Shown here: positions 51,062 through 63,123 of the stretch, in pieces
Layout of the letters: each line of letters starts with the position of its first letter
Position numbering within the stretch: the first letter of the stretch is position 1
From: Thermoanaerobaculia bacterium
Lineage (GTDB): Bacteria; Acidobacteriota; Thermoanaerobaculia; Multivoradales; JAHEKO01
Assembly: GCA_947259925.1 (NCBI GenBank)
Contig: CAMYOG010000042.1
Span: forward strand, 15,221 to 79,220
Direction of reading: 5' to 3'
Length of the DNA stretch: 64,000 nt
Notes under the pieces: generated by a model
The model's input: only the letters and a program-made list of their open reading frames with translations
The model's database searches: none
What the model was told of the DNA's origin: nothing
Position numbers and translations under genes: made by a program

Positions 51062-52236
51062 GCGAGCGCTCGACCTGGAGCGCCCCTGCCGAGCTCGCGC
51101 AGCTCGAGAGAAAGCTCTGGATGATCGGTGGCGCGGGTGCTCTGCTGTCGATCCTCGGCGCGCTGCTCGACCGCGCCCAGGCCGTCCAGTCGTACCTGGT
51201 CGCCTGGCTGCTCTGGGCCGGCGTGGCGTTCGGTTGCTTCGCGGTGATGGTGCTCCACCACCTCTCGCGCGGCGGCTGGGGGCTGATGGTCCGCCGGGTG
51301 TTCGAGGCCGCGACCAAGACGATGCCCCTGTTGGCGATCCTCTTCGTGCCGGTGCTGCTGGGACTGCCCCATCTCTATAGCTGGGCCGATCCCGAGGCGG
51401 TCGCCGCGAGTGAGTACCTCCAGCAGAAAACGAACTACCTGAACGCCTCCTTCTTCACCCTCCGGTTCGTCGCCTACTTCGTGATTCTCGGCGGGCTCGG
51501 GTGGCTGATCTGCCGCCGCTCCCTCGAGCAGGACGCGACCGGGGACCCGCGGCTCGCCCGTCGAATGCAGAGATTGGCCGGCCCGAGCCTGGGGATCTAC
51601 GTCTTGGTGGCGACCCTCGCAGCCGTCGACTGGATCATGTCGCTCGACCCGCTCTGGTACTCGAGCCTGTTCGGCGTCTACTTCGTCGGCGGCCACGGCG
51701 TCTCGGCGTTCGCGTTCGTCATCCTGGCGGCTCTCTGGCTGTCGAAGCGCCAGCCGATGTCGCGGGTGTTCACGCATCGCCACTTCCACGACTACGGCAA
51801 GCTGCTGTTCGCGTTTGTGATGCTCTGGGCCTACTTCGCCCTGTCGCAGCTCCTGATCATCTGGTCGGGCAACCTGGCGGAGGAGATCACTTGGTACTTC
51901 GAGCGGATTCAGGGCGGCTGGAAGTACCTCGGCATGGCGCTCGGTCTGCTCCACTTCGGCCTGCCGTTCCTGCTCCTCCTGTCGCGCAACCTGAAGCGCG
52001 ATGCGCGCCGCCTGGCGATCGTCGCCGCGCTCCTGCTGGTGTTGCGCTGGGTCGATCTCTACTGGCAGGTCGGTCCGGCGTTCCACCACGGCGGCCTGGC
52101 GCTCCACTGGCTCGATCTGACCACCGTAGTCGGCCTGGGTGGCATCTGGCTCGCGGCGGTCGCGAGGTTCCTCGGCCGCCACTCCCTGCTGCCGATCAAC
52201 GACCCCCACCTCGAGGAGGCTCTACCCGGTGACTGA
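51058..52236 (+). CDS. actF: Alternative complex III subunit ActF
   Basis: GGWG, DWIMSLDPLWYSSLFG, HDYGKLLFAF..LWAY, IIWSGNL.EE..W. Confidence 0.93.
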   Translation: MSERSTWSAPAELAQLERKLWMIGGAGALLSILGALLDRAQAVQSYLVAWLLWAGVAFGCFAVMVLHHLSRGGWGLMVRRVFEAATKTMPLLAILFVPVLLGLPHLYSWADPEAVAASEYLQQKTNYLNASFFTLRFVAYFVILGGLGWLICRRSLEQDATGDPRLARRMQRLAGPSLGIYVLVATLAAVDWIMSLDPLWYSSLFGVYFVGGHGVSAFAFVILAALWLSKRQPMSRVFTHRHFHDYGKLLFAFVMLWAYFALSQLLIIWSGNLAEEITWYFERIQGGWKYLGMALGLLHFGLPFLLLLSRNLKRDARRLAIVAALLLVLRWVDLYWQVGPAFHHGGLALHWLDLTTVVGLGGIWLAAVARFLGRHSLLPINDPHLEEALPGD

Positions 52237-52636
52237 CGGTCACGACCGGAGCTACGAGGCCGGGGTCGATCGCGAGATCAGCCTCAAGGGCATTCTCTAT
52301 ACCGGACTGGTCCTGACGGTGGTGGTCGTCGTCTTCGCCGCCCTCATGTGGTGGCTGTCGCTCGGACTGCGCTCGGGCCTGGAGGCGGCCGATCCGCCGC
52401 CGCCCGTGCTGCTCGAGGCGCAGGTCCAGGAGCCGCCGCCGGAGCCGCGACTCCAGACTTCGCCCGAGGCGGACCTGCGTATCCTCCGCCAGGAGGAGAA
52501 CGAGATTCTCCACGGCTACTCCTGGGTCGACGAAGAGGCCGGGATCGCCCAGGTGCCGATCGAGCGCGCGATGGAGATCGTGGCTGCGGGAGGCTCGGTC
52601 GAGCCGGCTCCGGCGAGCGAGGAGGGAGGCTCGTGA
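52229..52636 (+). CDS. actG: Alternative complex III subunit ActG-like
   Basis: Single TM helix; PPEPRLQ; LHGYSWVD...IAQVPIERAM; located after actF. Confidence 0.82.
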   Translation: MTDGHDRSYEAGVDREISLKGILYTGLVLTVVVVVFAALMWWLSLGLRSGLEAADPPPPVLLEAQVQEPPPEPRLQTSPEADLRILRQEENEILHGYSWVDEEAGIAQVPIERAMEIVAAGGSVEPAPASEEGGS

Positions 52637-53439
52637 GGCTCCGCTCGGCGTGGGCCGTCGTCGCCCTGCTGGCGAGCGCTCCGGCGCTCGCCCAGAGCGG
52701 ACTGCCGAAAGAGCTCGAGCGGGTCGGCCTCGATCAGCGCGTCGGCGAGGCCGTGGCGCTCGACCTGGCGCTGACCGACCACGCCGGAGCGGCGGTCCGG
52801 CTCGGCGACTACTTCGGCGAGCGACCGGTGATCCTGACGCCGGTCTACTACGACTGCCCGATGCTCTGCACGATGGTGCTCGACGGCCTGGTCCGCAGCC
52901 TCAAGGCGGTGACGCTCGAGCCGGGCGTCGACTTCGACGTCGTGGCGGTGAGCTTCGACCCGCGGGAGACCCCCGAGCAGGCACGCGGCCGGCGCGAGCT
53001 GTTCCTCGAGCGCTACGGCCGGAGCGAGGCGGCGAGCGCGGCGCACTTCCTGACCGGCTCCGACGAGGCGGTCGCGGCCCTGATGGACTCGATCGGTTTT
53101 CGCTACAGCTTCGACCCGGAGACCGGTGAGTTCGCACACGCCGCCACCATCGTGGTGCTGACGCCCGAGGGCAAGGTCTCGCGCTACTACCCGGGTGTCG
53201 AGTACCCGCCCCGTGACCTGCGGCTGGCACTGGTCGAGGCGAGCGACGAACAGATCGGCGGCGTGGTCGACCAGGTCCTTCTCTACTGTTTCAAGTACGA
53301 CCCGACAACCGGCCGCTATACGGCGGCGACCATGAACATCATCCGGGCCGGCGGTGTGATCACCCTCGCGCTGATGGCCGGCTTCGTCATCTTGAGCCTG
53401 CGGCGCGAGCGGCGCCGGGCGGCAGGAGCACGCGTTTGA
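52633..53439 (+). CDS. SCO1/SenC family copper chaperone
   Basis: YYDCPMLC (CxxxC), VSFDP, FAHAA; C-terminal TM helix. Confidence 0.92.
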   Translation: MRLRSAWAVVALLASAPALAQSGLPKELERVGLDQRVGEAVALDLALTDHAGAAVRLGDYFGERPVILTPVYYDCPMLCTMVLDGLVRSLKAVTLEPGVDFDVVAVSFDPRETPEQARGRRELFLERYGRSEAASAAHFLTGSDEAVAALMDSIGFRYSFDPETGEFAHAATIVVLTPEGKVSRYYPGVEYPPRDLRLALVEASDEQIGGVVDQVLLYCFKYDPTTGRYTAATMNIIRAGGVITLALMAGFVILSLRRERRRAAGARV

Positions 53440-54374
53440 AGTTCTGGCCCGAGCAGTCCCCTCTCTTCCCCGAGCGCGCGACCGAGATCGCGCGCGAGGT
53501 CGACGCGATCTACTTCTTCGGCCTCGGCATCGCGACCATCTTCTCGCTCCTGATCGCGGTGCTGGTGGTCTACTTCGCGGTGCGCTATCGCCGGCGGCAC
53601 CCCGACGAGGTCGGCGAGCGCGAGCAGGCACCTGCCTGGCTCGAGCTGGTCTGGTCGATCATTCCGCTCGGCATCCTTCTGGTCATGTTCGCCTGGGGCG
53701 CCGACGTCTTCTTCAAGGCGCGGCGGGCGCCCGCCGACGCGGTCGAGTACTACGTCACCGGCAAGCAGTGGATGTGGAAGTTCCAGCATCCGCAAGGGGC
53801 CCGCGAGATCAACGATCTACACGTCCCGGTCGGCGTTCCAGTCAAGCTGATCATGACCTCGGAGGACGTCATCCACTCGTTTTGGGTGCCCGAGTTCCGG
53901 GTCAAGATGGACGTCCTGCCGGGCCGCTACACCACCCTCTGGTTCGAGGTCGATCGCCCCGGTATCTATCGGATCTTCTGTAACGAGTACTGCGGCGTCG
54001 AGCACTCGCTGATGCGCGGCAGCGTGATCGCCATGGAGCCGGCCGACTACGAGGAGTGGCTCGGCGGCGGCCAGCCACTGACGGCGCTGACCAGGACCGG
54101 CGAGCAGGTCTTCGCCGAGAAGACGTGCAATACCTGCCACAAGGACGAGGCCGCGGCGCTCGGGCCGTCGCTGACCGGGTTGTTCGGAACCGAGCGTGAG
54201 TTCCAGGACGGCAGCCGGACGATCGCGGACGAGAACTACATCCGGCAGTCGATCCTCGAGCCCCGAGCGCACCTGGTCATGGGCTACCAGGCGCTGATGC
54301 CTACCTTCCAGGGACAGGTCGACGAAGAGGAGCTGACGCTCCTGATCAACTACATCAAGTCCCTTCAGGATTGA
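53436..54374 (+). CDS. ctaC: Cytochrome caa3 oxidase subunit II with C-terminal cytochrome c
   Basis: [23 protein letters not shown] (CuA), CNTCH, MP. Confidence 0.95.
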   Translation: MKFWPEQSPLFPERATEIAREVDAIYFFGLGIATIFSLLIAVLVVYFAVRYRRRHPDEVGEREQAPAWLELVWSIIPLGILLVMFAWGADVFFKARRAPADAVEYYVTGKQWMWKFQHPQGAREINDLHVPVGVPVKLIMTSEDVIHSFWVPEFRVKMDVLPGRYTTLWFEVDRPGIYRIFCNEYCGVEHSLMRGSVIAMEPADYEEWLGGGQPLTALTRTGEQVFAEKTCNTCHKDEAAALGPSLTGLFGTEREFQDGSRTIADENYIRQSILEPRAHLVMGYQALMPTFQGQVDEEELTLLINYIKSLQD

Positions 54375-54378
54375 GTCG

Positions 54379-56044
<1,666 letters not shown>

Positions 56045-56052
<8 letters not shown>

Positions 56053-56689
56053 GATCCACGCGCCGGGTCTGGCGCACCACTTCGACTCCTACCAGCAGCA
56101 GAAGGAGGCCGCGTTCTTCGGAATGTGGGTCTTCCTGGCGACCGAGGTGCTCTTCTTCGGCGGTCTCTTCTGCGCCTACCTGGTCTATCGGTCGGCCAAC
56201 CCGGAGGCGTTCGCCGCCGGCAGCCGCGAGCTCGACATCGTCCTCGGGGCGATCAACACCGCGGTCCTGATCGGTAGCAGCCTGACCATGGCGCTGGCGG
56301 TGCACGCGGCCCAGGTCGGCAAGAGGAAGATGATCGCCGCCTGGATGGGCGCGACGATCCTGCTCGGCGGGACGTTCCTCGGCATCAAGGTCGTCGAGTA
56401 CTCGCACAAGATCCACGAGGGTCACTTCCCGGGTCCGAACTTCGTCTGGCACGGTCCGGAAGTGAACGTCGAGATGTTCTTCAACGTCTACTTCCTGATG
56501 ACCGGCCTGCACGCGCTGCACATGATCATCGGCATCGGCATCATGCTGGTTCTGATCCCGCTCGCCTGGAAGGGTCGCTTCACGCCCGAGAGCCACAACT
56601 ACGTCGAAGGGTTCGGGCTCTACTGGCACTTCGTCGACATCGTCTGGATCTTCCTCTTCCCGCTCCTCTACCTGCTGGACGTCGGCTAG
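56045..56689 (+). CDS. ctaE: Cytochrome c oxidase subunit III
   Basis: [32 protein letters not shown]. Confidence 0.95.
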
Positions 56690-56704
56690 CGCGGGAAACT
56701 CGAC

Positions 56705-56989
56705 ATGAGCGAGCACATCACACCCATCCGCACCTACCTGCTGATCTTCTTCGCGCTGATGATCCTGACCGTGGTGACCGTGGCCGTCGCCATGGTCGAC
56801 CTGGGAGCGCTCAACGACGTCGTCGCGATGGGGATCGCCATCTTCAAGGCGAGCCTGGTCGTGCTCTTCTTCATGCACGTCAAGAAGAGCCGCCTGATGA
56901 CCAAGATCACGGTGGTGGCGAGCGCTTTCTGGCTGCTGATCCTCTTCGGCCTGACGCTCAGCGACTACGTAACCCGCGGCTTCCTGTAA
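56705..56989 (+). CDS. ctaF: Cytochrome c oxidase subunit IV
   Basis: IAIFKASLVVLFFMHVK. Confidence 0.92.
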   Translation: MSEHITPIRTYLLIFFALMILTVVTVAVAMVDLGALNDVVAMGIAIFKASLVVLFFMHVKKSRLMTKITVVASAFWLLILFGLTLSDYVTRGFL

Positions 56990-57185
56990 TCCGGGGACAG
57001 GTTGAGGATTTCACCCAGCCTTACTGCGCGTCGCGCGAACATCGATACTCGATGGGTCTACCGGTAATGAACTCGGGGACACAATGCTGATTTCGTCCCG
57101 ACCCGCACCGGGGAGGACGGAATCAGTATTGCCTCCCCGGCCTAGCCGTAAGGCTGAGTGAAATCCTCAACCTGTCCCCGAATTA
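56987..57185. repeat. REP/MITE-like element (locus B): 38-bp terminal inverted repeats enclosing a nested 25-bp inverted repeat
   Basis: Outer arms 56987-57024 and 57148-57185 (2 mismatches); inner arms CGGGGACACAATGCTGATTTCGTCC (57074-57098) and GGACGGAATCAGTATTGCCTCCCCG (57115-57139). Confidence 0.88.
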
Positions 57186-57884
57186 GCTGCGGGCGCTGAG
57201 GATCAGATCGACCGTCCGCTCCGGCGATAGACGCTCGACGTTCAGGGTCATGTCGAAGCGGAGCGGATCGCGAGCGCCAACGCCGTAGTGCTGGCGCATG
57301 AAGGTCGAGCGCGCGGCTTCGATCCTCTGGATCTCGTGCTGAGCGGCTGCGGGCTCGAGGCTGTGCTGCTCGGCGAAGTGCGCAACCCGGTATTCGAGCG
57401 GCGCGATCAACTGGACGCGCAGGCCCATCGAGGTGGGCAGCACACGGTCGAGACCGCGCCCGACGAAGACGCCGGAGCTCTGCCGGGCGAGCGATAGCAC
57501 CGTCTTACACAGGCGGTGGAAGTAGTCGTTGCGCGTGAGTCCGTCTCGGATCAGCGGGTTGAGCACGTCCTCCCACCAGCCGACGTCACGCTCGTCCATC
57601 GACGCGTAGACCTGACGGAGGCGGCGATCGTCGCCAGCCATGGCGGTCAGGATCTGCTTGTCGAACACCGGCCAACCGAGCCGCTTGGCGAGCTGGTTGG
57701 CGATCGCGTCGCCCACACCGACCATGCGTGAGACGCAGATGAACGGCTCGACTTGCCGGCGCTGCTTGGCGGGCGTCGCGGGACGCTGCGAGCGCGCGAG
57801 CTCCCAGTTGCGCATCTGCCGATCGACCAGGGCACTGGTCGCGGGGTCCACGAGTCCTGCCACGTCGTCGTCCTCCCGATCCAT
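57183..57884 (-). CDS. Cytidylate kinase-like family protein
   Basis: ICVSRMVGVG, LAKRLGWPVFD, VFVGRG, RVQLIAP, FDMTLN. Confidence 0.82.
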   Translation of the reverse strand: MDREDDDVAGLVDPATSALVDRQMRNWELARSQRPATPAKQRRQVEPFICVSRMVGVGDAIANQLAKRLGWPVFDKQILTAMAGDDRRLRQVYASMDERDVGWWEDVLNPLIRDGLTRNDYFHRLCKTVLSLARQSSGVFVGRGLDRVLPTSMGLRVQLIAPLEYRVAHFAEQHSLEPAAAQHEIQRIEAARSTFMRQHYGVGARDPLRFDMTLNVERLSPERTVDLILSARS

Positions 57885-57958
57885 GACAGCACATCGGTAC
57901 GGTGGACGCGCCACGCCTCGGGGTGGGACCCCTCTGCGGTGGTCCCTGATCCGGGTCC

Positions 57959-58063
57959 AGATCCGGTGACAGGAACCTCATCTCGGCCCCGTTCGATGGC
58001 CTCGGTCCCCTCAACCGCCAGCTCCGCTGCGGCTGTTGAGACAAGTATCCTGTCACCGGATCT
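57959..58063. repeat. REP-like inverted repeat pair (locus D)
   Basis: AGATCCGGTGACAGGAACCTCATCTC (57959-57984) and GAGACAAGTATCCTGTCACCGGATCT (58038-58063); outer 16 bp perfect; same subtype as locus C. Confidence 0.82.
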
Positions 58064-58066
58064 CTC

Positions 58067-58672
58067 ATGGAAACGCTCGCGACGGCTTTCGCGCTCGGAT
58101 TCACGGCAGGCATCAGCCCCGGTCCGCTGCTGACCGTGGTCATCACTTCGACCCTGGAGCGCGGCTTCGGGGCCGGGGTACGGGTGGCGATCGCGCCCGC
58201 ACTGACCGATGGGCCGATCATCGCGATCGCGCTGCTGGTGCTCAAGGACCTGCCGACCGACTGGCTGCGGGGAATCACCACGGCTGGCGGCGCTTTCGTG
58301 ATCTGGATCGGCATCCAGACCGTCCGCTCGGCCCGTCACGAGCTTCGCCTGGGGGACGAGCCCGGCTCGTCGATGCGCGATCTCGGGCGCGGCGTCCTGG
58401 TCAACCTGTTGAATCCACACCCGTGGCTCTTCTGGCTCACCGTCGGCGGACCGCTCCTGATCGCCGCCTGGCGCGACGGGATCCTCTGGGCGGCCGGCTT
58501 CCTGGCGGTCTTCTACGGCCTGATCGTCGGCTGCAAGATCGTGCTCGCCTGGATCACCGCACGCGGCCGGCGTTTCCTGACCGGAGCCTGGTACCGGCGG
58601 GTCCTGGCGGCCTCGGGGACCCTGCTGATCGGACTGGGCGGGTTGCTGATCTGGCAGGCCGTGCGCGCGTGA
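58067..58672 (+). CDS. LysE family translocator
   Basis: GISPGP, GVLVNLLNPHPWLFW; about 6 TM helices. Confidence 0.88.
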   Translation: METLATAFALGFTAGISPGPLLTVVITSTLERGFGAGVRVAIAPALTDGPIIAIALLVLKDLPTDWLRGITTAGGAFVIWIGIQTVRSARHELRLGDEPGSSMRDLGRGVLVNLLNPHPWLFWLTVGGPLLIAAWRDGILWAAGFLAVFYGLIVGCKIVLAWITARGRRFLTGAWYRRVLAASGTLLIGLGGLLIWQAVRA

Positions 58673-58685
58673 GACAATCCGCCCG

Positions 58686-60239
58686 ATGTCGGCAGCGCTG
58701 TTCGAGCCACCGGAGCGATTCAACATCGCCGACTACTTCCTCGGCGATCGGATCCGTGAAGGCCTGGGCGACCGCGCCGCCCTGCGGCTCGACGACGCCC
58801 AGGTCAGCTACGCCGAGCTCGAGCGACTCGCCTGCCGCTACGGCAACGCCCTGCTCGAGGCCGGCCTCCGCCGCCAGCAGCGCGTCTTCCTGCTGCTCAA
58901 GGACGGCGTCGAGTTCCCGGCCGCCCTCTTCGGCATCCTCAAGATCGGTGGGGTCGCGATCATGGTCAACCCGGCGCAGAAGCCGGACAAGCTCGCGGCG
59001 CTGATCGACTACTGCGAGCCGGCGTGCGCCCTCGTCGACAGCACTCATCTCGAGGCGCTCGAGGGCGCCTGCGCCAAGGCGGACGAGCCGCCGAGAATCC
59101 TGACCGCTGGAACCGAGGGCTCCGACCACGATTCGATCGAAGGTCTCGTCGCCGCCGCCCCGGAGGAGCTGTCATCGGTCAACACCCATCGTTTCGACCC
59201 GGCGATCTGGCTCTTCTCGGGCGGCACGACCGGGCGGCCGAAAGCGGTCGTCCAGACCCACCAGTCGTTCGCCAATACGACCGAGTGCTACGCCAAGCGC
59301 GCCCTCGGCTACGGTCCGGACGACGTCACCCTGTCGATCCCGAAGCTCTACTTCGGCTACGCGACCGGGTCGAACCTGCTCTTCCCGCTCGCGGTCGGCG
59401 GCTCGGCAGTCCTTTTTCCTGAGCATCCGACGCCCGAGGTCGTCTTCGACAAGATCCGCCGCCACCGCCCGACCATCCTGATCAACGTCCCGACCATGAT
59501 CCACAAGATGGTCGATCACCCGGACGCGGCGGAGCAGGACCTGTCGTCGATCCGTTTCGCGACCTCGGCCGGCGAGGCGCTACCGGCGCCCCTCTACCAC
59601 CGTTGGCAGGAGACCTTCGGCGTCGAGCTTCTCGACGGCCTCGGCACCGCCGAGATGTGGCACATCTTCTTGAGCAACGTACCGGGCGCGGTCAGGCCGG
59701 GCACGCTCGGGCGGGTGGTACCCGGGTTCGAGATCAAGATCTGCGACGACGACGGTAACGAGATCGCCGACGGCGAGGTCGGCCGGCTCTGGGTGCGCGG
59801 CGACTCGCGCGCGCTCGGCTACTGGCGCAACCTCGAGAAGACTGCTCAGGCGTTCCAGGGCGAGTGGTTCGTCGGCGGCGATCTGGTCAGCCGTGACGCC
59901 GACGGCTACGTCACCTACAGCGGCCGCTCGGACGACGTGCTCAAGGTGGCCGGCAAGTGGCTCGCGCCGCAGGAGGTCGAGAGCTGCTTGATGAAGCACC
60001 CCGGCGTCGCCGAGTGCGCGGTGGTCGGGATCGAAGACCAGGCAGGTCTGACCAAACCGTACGCTTTCGTCCTGGCCAAAGGCGAGCCGGCGGGGCTGGA
60101 GGACGCGCTCAAGGAGCATTGCCTCGCCCACCTCCAGGGCTACAAGCACCCGCGCCGGGTGATCGTCCTCGACGACTTCCCCCGGACGCACCTGGGAAAG
60201 ATCGACCGCGGCAGGCTCAAGCAGCTGGCCGGTTCGTAG
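58686..60239 (+). CDS. Benzoate-CoA ligase family aromatic acid-CoA ligase
   Basis: FSGGTTGRPKA, KLYFGYATG, SAGEALP, DGLGTAEMWHIFLSN, GRSDDVLKVAG, GKIDR. Confidence 0.9.
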   Translation: MSAALFEPPERFNIADYFLGDRIREGLGDRAALRLDDAQVSYAELERLACRYGNALLEAGLRRQQRVFLLLKDGVEFPAALFGILKIGGVAIMVNPAQKPDKLAALIDYCEPACALVDSTHLEALEGACAKADEPPRILTAGTEGSDHDSIEGLVAAAPEELSSVNTHRFDPAIWLFSGGTTGRPKAVVQTHQSFANTTECYAKRALGYGPDDVTLSIPKLYFGYATGSNLLFPLAVGGSAVLFPEHPTPEVVFDKIRRHRPTILINVPTMIHKMVDHPDAAEQDLSSIRFATSAGEALPAPLYHRWQETFGVELLDGLGTAEMWHIFLSNVPGAVRPGTLGRVVPGFEIKICDDDGNEIADGEVGRLWVRGDSRALGYWRNLEKTAQAFQGEWFVGGDLVSRDADGYVTYSGRSDDVLKVAGKWLAPQEVESCLMKHPGVAECAVVGIEDQAGLTKPYAFVLAKGEPAGLEDALKEHCLAHLQGYKHPRRVIVLDDFPRTHLGKIDRGRLKQLAGS

Positions 60240-60257
60240 GTCGGCCCAGACGAGGAA

Positions 60258-60280
60258 ACGGCCCAGTCAGACTGGGCCGT
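60258..60280. terminator. Hairpin between convergent genes (possible terminator)
   Basis: ACGGCCCAGTC-A-GACTGGGCCGT: 11-bp perfect arms, about 19 nt after the ligase stop; no adjacent U-tract. Confidence 0.4.
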
Positions 60281-60521
60281 GATCACTCGAGTGGTCCTTT
60301 TGGAGCCTCTAGACTCGGTCCCCTGTGGTCTCGTCCTGACCGGGGCGACAGTCAGCGACCCTCGAGCGTGCTGGATAGCCCTCGAAGACCGCCGTGACTG
60401 GAGTGCCACCGCCGGCCCGCGAGGGCTCTGGGTGGCCCGGTGGAGTCATTGAAGCTCCTCTTGCTTGTCCGAGCTCGAATGTACTCCTGTTCGCAGCCCG
60501 GGTCAAATCGAAGCTCATGCA

Positions 60522-60953
60522 TCAGCTCCCGGCACCCAGTCCGAGCGACTCGAAGGTGCTCGACGTCTCCGGGTTCAGGTCGTAGTCGAACAGCCGCTCA
60601 TCAGGCACCCAGGCGTAGTCGGAGAACTCGGCATTGAGGGAGACCTCCGCCCCCACCGCCCGGCAGTGGAAGAGCAGGAAGATCATGTAGACCGTCTTCC
60701 GGCGGCCATCGGCAAAGGTCTTCTCGTACTCGCCGTCCTTGAAGAACGCCGGCCGGATATCGGTGATCTCGAGGCCGACCTCCTCGCGCAGCTCGCGTCG
60801 CAGCGCCTCCTCCATCCGCTCGCCCGGCTCGACACCGCCACCGGTCAGTCCCCACTTGCCCGGGAAGACGCCCCGATCGTCGCTCATCCGGCAGAGGAGG
60901 AGCTGGTCGCGCTGGTTGCGGACCAGACCGACGACGATGACCCGCGTGTTCAC
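60522..60953 (-). CDS. nudI: Nudix hydrolase, NudI-like nucleoside triphosphatase
   Basis: LLCRMSDDRGVFPGKWGL.GGGVEPGERMEEALRRELREEVG; KTFADG...YMIFLLFHC. Confidence 0.85.
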   Translation of the reverse strand: MNTRVIVVGLVRNQRDQLLLCRMSDDRGVFPGKWGLTGGGVEPGERMEEALRRELREEVGLEITDIRPAFFKDGEYEKTFADGRRKTVYMIFLLFHCRAVGAEVSLNAEFSDYAWVPDERLFDYDLNPETSSTFESLGLGAGS

Positions 60954-60960
60954 GGGTCGC

Positions 60961-61371
60961 TCACGTGACCAACCGCTTCCGCAGCCACTCGGGGATCTCG
61001 AACTTCTCGAACGTGTCCATGTTGGTGTTGACGGTCACCTGCCGGCCGACGGCGGCCGGCTCGTCCTCGCCCGGGCGGAAGAGCCTGTAGGTCCAGGTCA
61101 CCGAGGTGGTACCAATCTTCTCGGGCTTCACCTCGACGCCGACCCGGTCGCCGTACCGGAGCGGGCGCATGAAGTCCATCTCCAGATGGACGGTCGGGTA
61201 GGCCAATCGATGCTCCTTGATCAGCACCGGATAGTCGATGCCGACCACCTTCGAGAAGTACTCCTCGAGCGCGATGTGGATGTAGTTCAGGAAGCGCGGG
61301 AAGTAGACGATACCGGCGCGATCGACATCGCCGAACCGGACCGTGATCGTCGCTCGGAAGGAAGACGTCAT
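60961..61371 (-). CDS. Acyl-CoA thioesterase (4HBT/YbgC-like)
   Basis: VRFGDVDRAGIVYFPRF, PLRYGD. Confidence 0.9.
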   Translation of the reverse strand: MTSSFRATITVRFGDVDRAGIVYFPRFLNYIHIALEEYFSKVVGIDYPVLIKEHRLAYPTVHLEMDFMRPLRYGDRVGVEVKPEKIGTTSVTWTYRLFRPGEDEPAAVGRQVTVNTNMDTFEKFEIPEWLRKRLVT

Positions 61372-63071
61372 ACCGGCACCAGCTCGGGATAGGCCGGCGA
61401 CCACATCGCCTCGGCGACCACTTCGTCGAGCGCCTCGTCGTCGAACCGGCGGCCGACGCCATCGAGGTCAGCCTGACGCACCACGGCCACCGCTACTCGT
61501 CGAGTCACTTCACGCAGCCGCGCCACTTCCGGGTAGACCTGCGAGCGCTTCATCTCGTCGGGTGTCAGCGCGTCGGCCAGCGCCTGCGCGGCGGCCGTGA
61601 ACATGCCGTCGGTGACCGCGCTCGCTTCGGCGACCAGCGCTCCCAAGCCGACGCCCGGGAAGATGAAAGCGTTGTTGCCCTGACCGATGTGAATCTCGCG
61701 GCCGTCCCAGACGACCGGGTCGAACGGGCTGCCGGTGCCGATCAACGCCCGGCCCCCGGTCCACCTGACCAGCTCCTCGGGGCGGGCTTCGGCGTTGGCG
61801 GTCGGATTCGACAGCGGAAAGACGATCGGCCGCTCGGCGTTCTGCGCGACGGCGCGCACCAGCTCCTCCGAAAAGAGCCCCGGTTGACCCGAGGTGCCGA
61901 TCAGCACGGTCGGCTCGAGCCGCGCGACGACCGCCTCGAGGCTCCGGTCCTCCACCAGGCCGTGGGCGGCCGCCAGCTCGGCGGGCCACGCCAGCGCCCC
62001 CTTGTAGGCGTCGAGGCGCTCGCGGTCGTCGACGATCAGGCCGCGCGAGTCGAGCACCGCAATCGCCCGGGTCAGGTCGTCGCCCTCGACCCCGGCGGTC
62101 ACGAGGGCGGACTTGAGCTGCTGGCCGATGCCGATACCGGCCGCGCCTCCGCCGACGATCACCACCCGCTGCGCGGCCAGCTCCTGACCACCGATCCGGC
62201 AGGCGCCGATCAGGCCGGCGAGCGTCATCGCGCCGGTCCCCTGGATGTCGTCGTTGAACGACAGGATCCGATCGCGGTAGCGCTCGAGCAGCTCGAAGGC
62301 GTTGCTCTTCGAAAAGTCCTCCCACTGGAGGAGCACCCCCGGGAAAACCTCGGCCATCGCCTCGACCAGCTCGTCCACCAGCTCGGCGTAGGCGTCGCCC
62401 CGCAGTCTCGACTCGGGCCAGCCCATGTAGAGCGGGTCGTCGAGGAGCTTCTCGTTGTCGGTACCGACGTCGAGGCTGATCGGCATCACCTGGCTCGGGT
62501 GGACCCCGGCCGCGGCGCAGTAGATCGACAGCTTGCCGATCGGGATGACGATGCCGCCCGCCCCCTGGTCGCCGATACCGAGGATCGCCTGGTTGTCGGT
62601 GACCACCGACATGCGGACGTTCGAGAACGGACTGTTGCGCAGCACCTCGGCGATGCGCCCCCGGTGCGCCGGAGTGATCCAGAGCCCGCGCCCGCGCCGG
62701 AAGATGTGGCTGAACATCTTCGACGCCTGGCCGACGGTCGGGGTGTAGACGATCGGCAGGAACTCGTCGAGGTGCTCGAGCAGCAGCTTGTAGAACAGGT
62801 GCTCGTTGCGGTCCTGGAGCGCCATCATGCCGATATAGCGCTCGAGCGGGTCGTCCTTGCGGCAGATGTTCTCGTAGACCCGCTCGGCCTGCTGCTGCAT
62901 GGTGCTGACGACGTCCGGCAGCAGGCCGTCGAGGTGGAACGTGCAGCGCTCTTCGGCAGTAAAGGCGGAGCTCTTGTTGTACATCGGCTGGCTGAGCAGC
63001 TCGGTCCCCCGGTAGGGGACCTCGACTCGGAGCCGGCCGTCGGGGAGCTTGGTGCTGCGGTACTCGGTCAC
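61368..63071 (-). CDS. maeA: NAD-dependent malic enzyme
   Basis: NKSSAF, QDRNE, PIVYTPTVG, ILGIGDQG, QWEDF, FNDDIQGTG, GGGAAG, PLSNPT, GQGNN. Confidence 0.95.
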   Translation of the reverse strand: MTEYRSTKLPDGRLRVEVPYRGTELLSQPMYNKSSAFTAEERCTFHLDGLLPDVVSTMQQQAERVYENICRKDDPLERYIGMMALQDRNEHLFYKLLLEHLDEFLPIVYTPTVGQASKMFSHIFRRGRGLWITPAHRGRIAEVLRNSPFSNVRMSVVTDNQAILGIGDQGAGGIVIPIGKLSIYCAAAGVHPSQVMPISLDVGTDNEKLLDDPLYMGWPESRLRGDAYAELVDELVEAMAEVFPGVLLQWEDFSKSNAFELLERYRDRILSFNDDIQGTGAMTLAGLIGACRIGGQELAAQRVVIVGGGAAGIGIGQQLKSALVTAGVEGDDLTRAIAVLDSRGLIVDDRERLDAYKGALAWPAELAAAHGLVEDRSLEAVVARLEPTVLIGTSGQPGLFSEELVRAVAQNAERPIVFPLSNPTANAEARPEELVRWTGGRALIGTGSPFDPVVWDGREIHIGQGNNAFIFPGVGLGALVAEASAVTDGMFTAAAQALADALTPDEMKRSQVYPEVARLREVTRRVAVAVVRQADLDGVGRRFDDEALDEVVAEAMWSPAYPELVPV

Positions 63072-63123
63072 GGCGACAGGTTATCCACTTTCGAGGTCGA
63101 TGGAGATCACTTCCCTGTCCCCG
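63071..63123. repeat. Degenerate REP-like inverted repeat pair (locus E)
   Basis: CGGCGACAGG (63071-63080) ... CCTGTCCCCG (63114-63123). Confidence 0.55.

Noticed and set aside
60240..60521. Structured ncRNA in the 280-bp gap between convergent genes
   Set aside because: Only short hairpins are visible; no recognisable tRNA, riboswitch or other RNA family features by eye.
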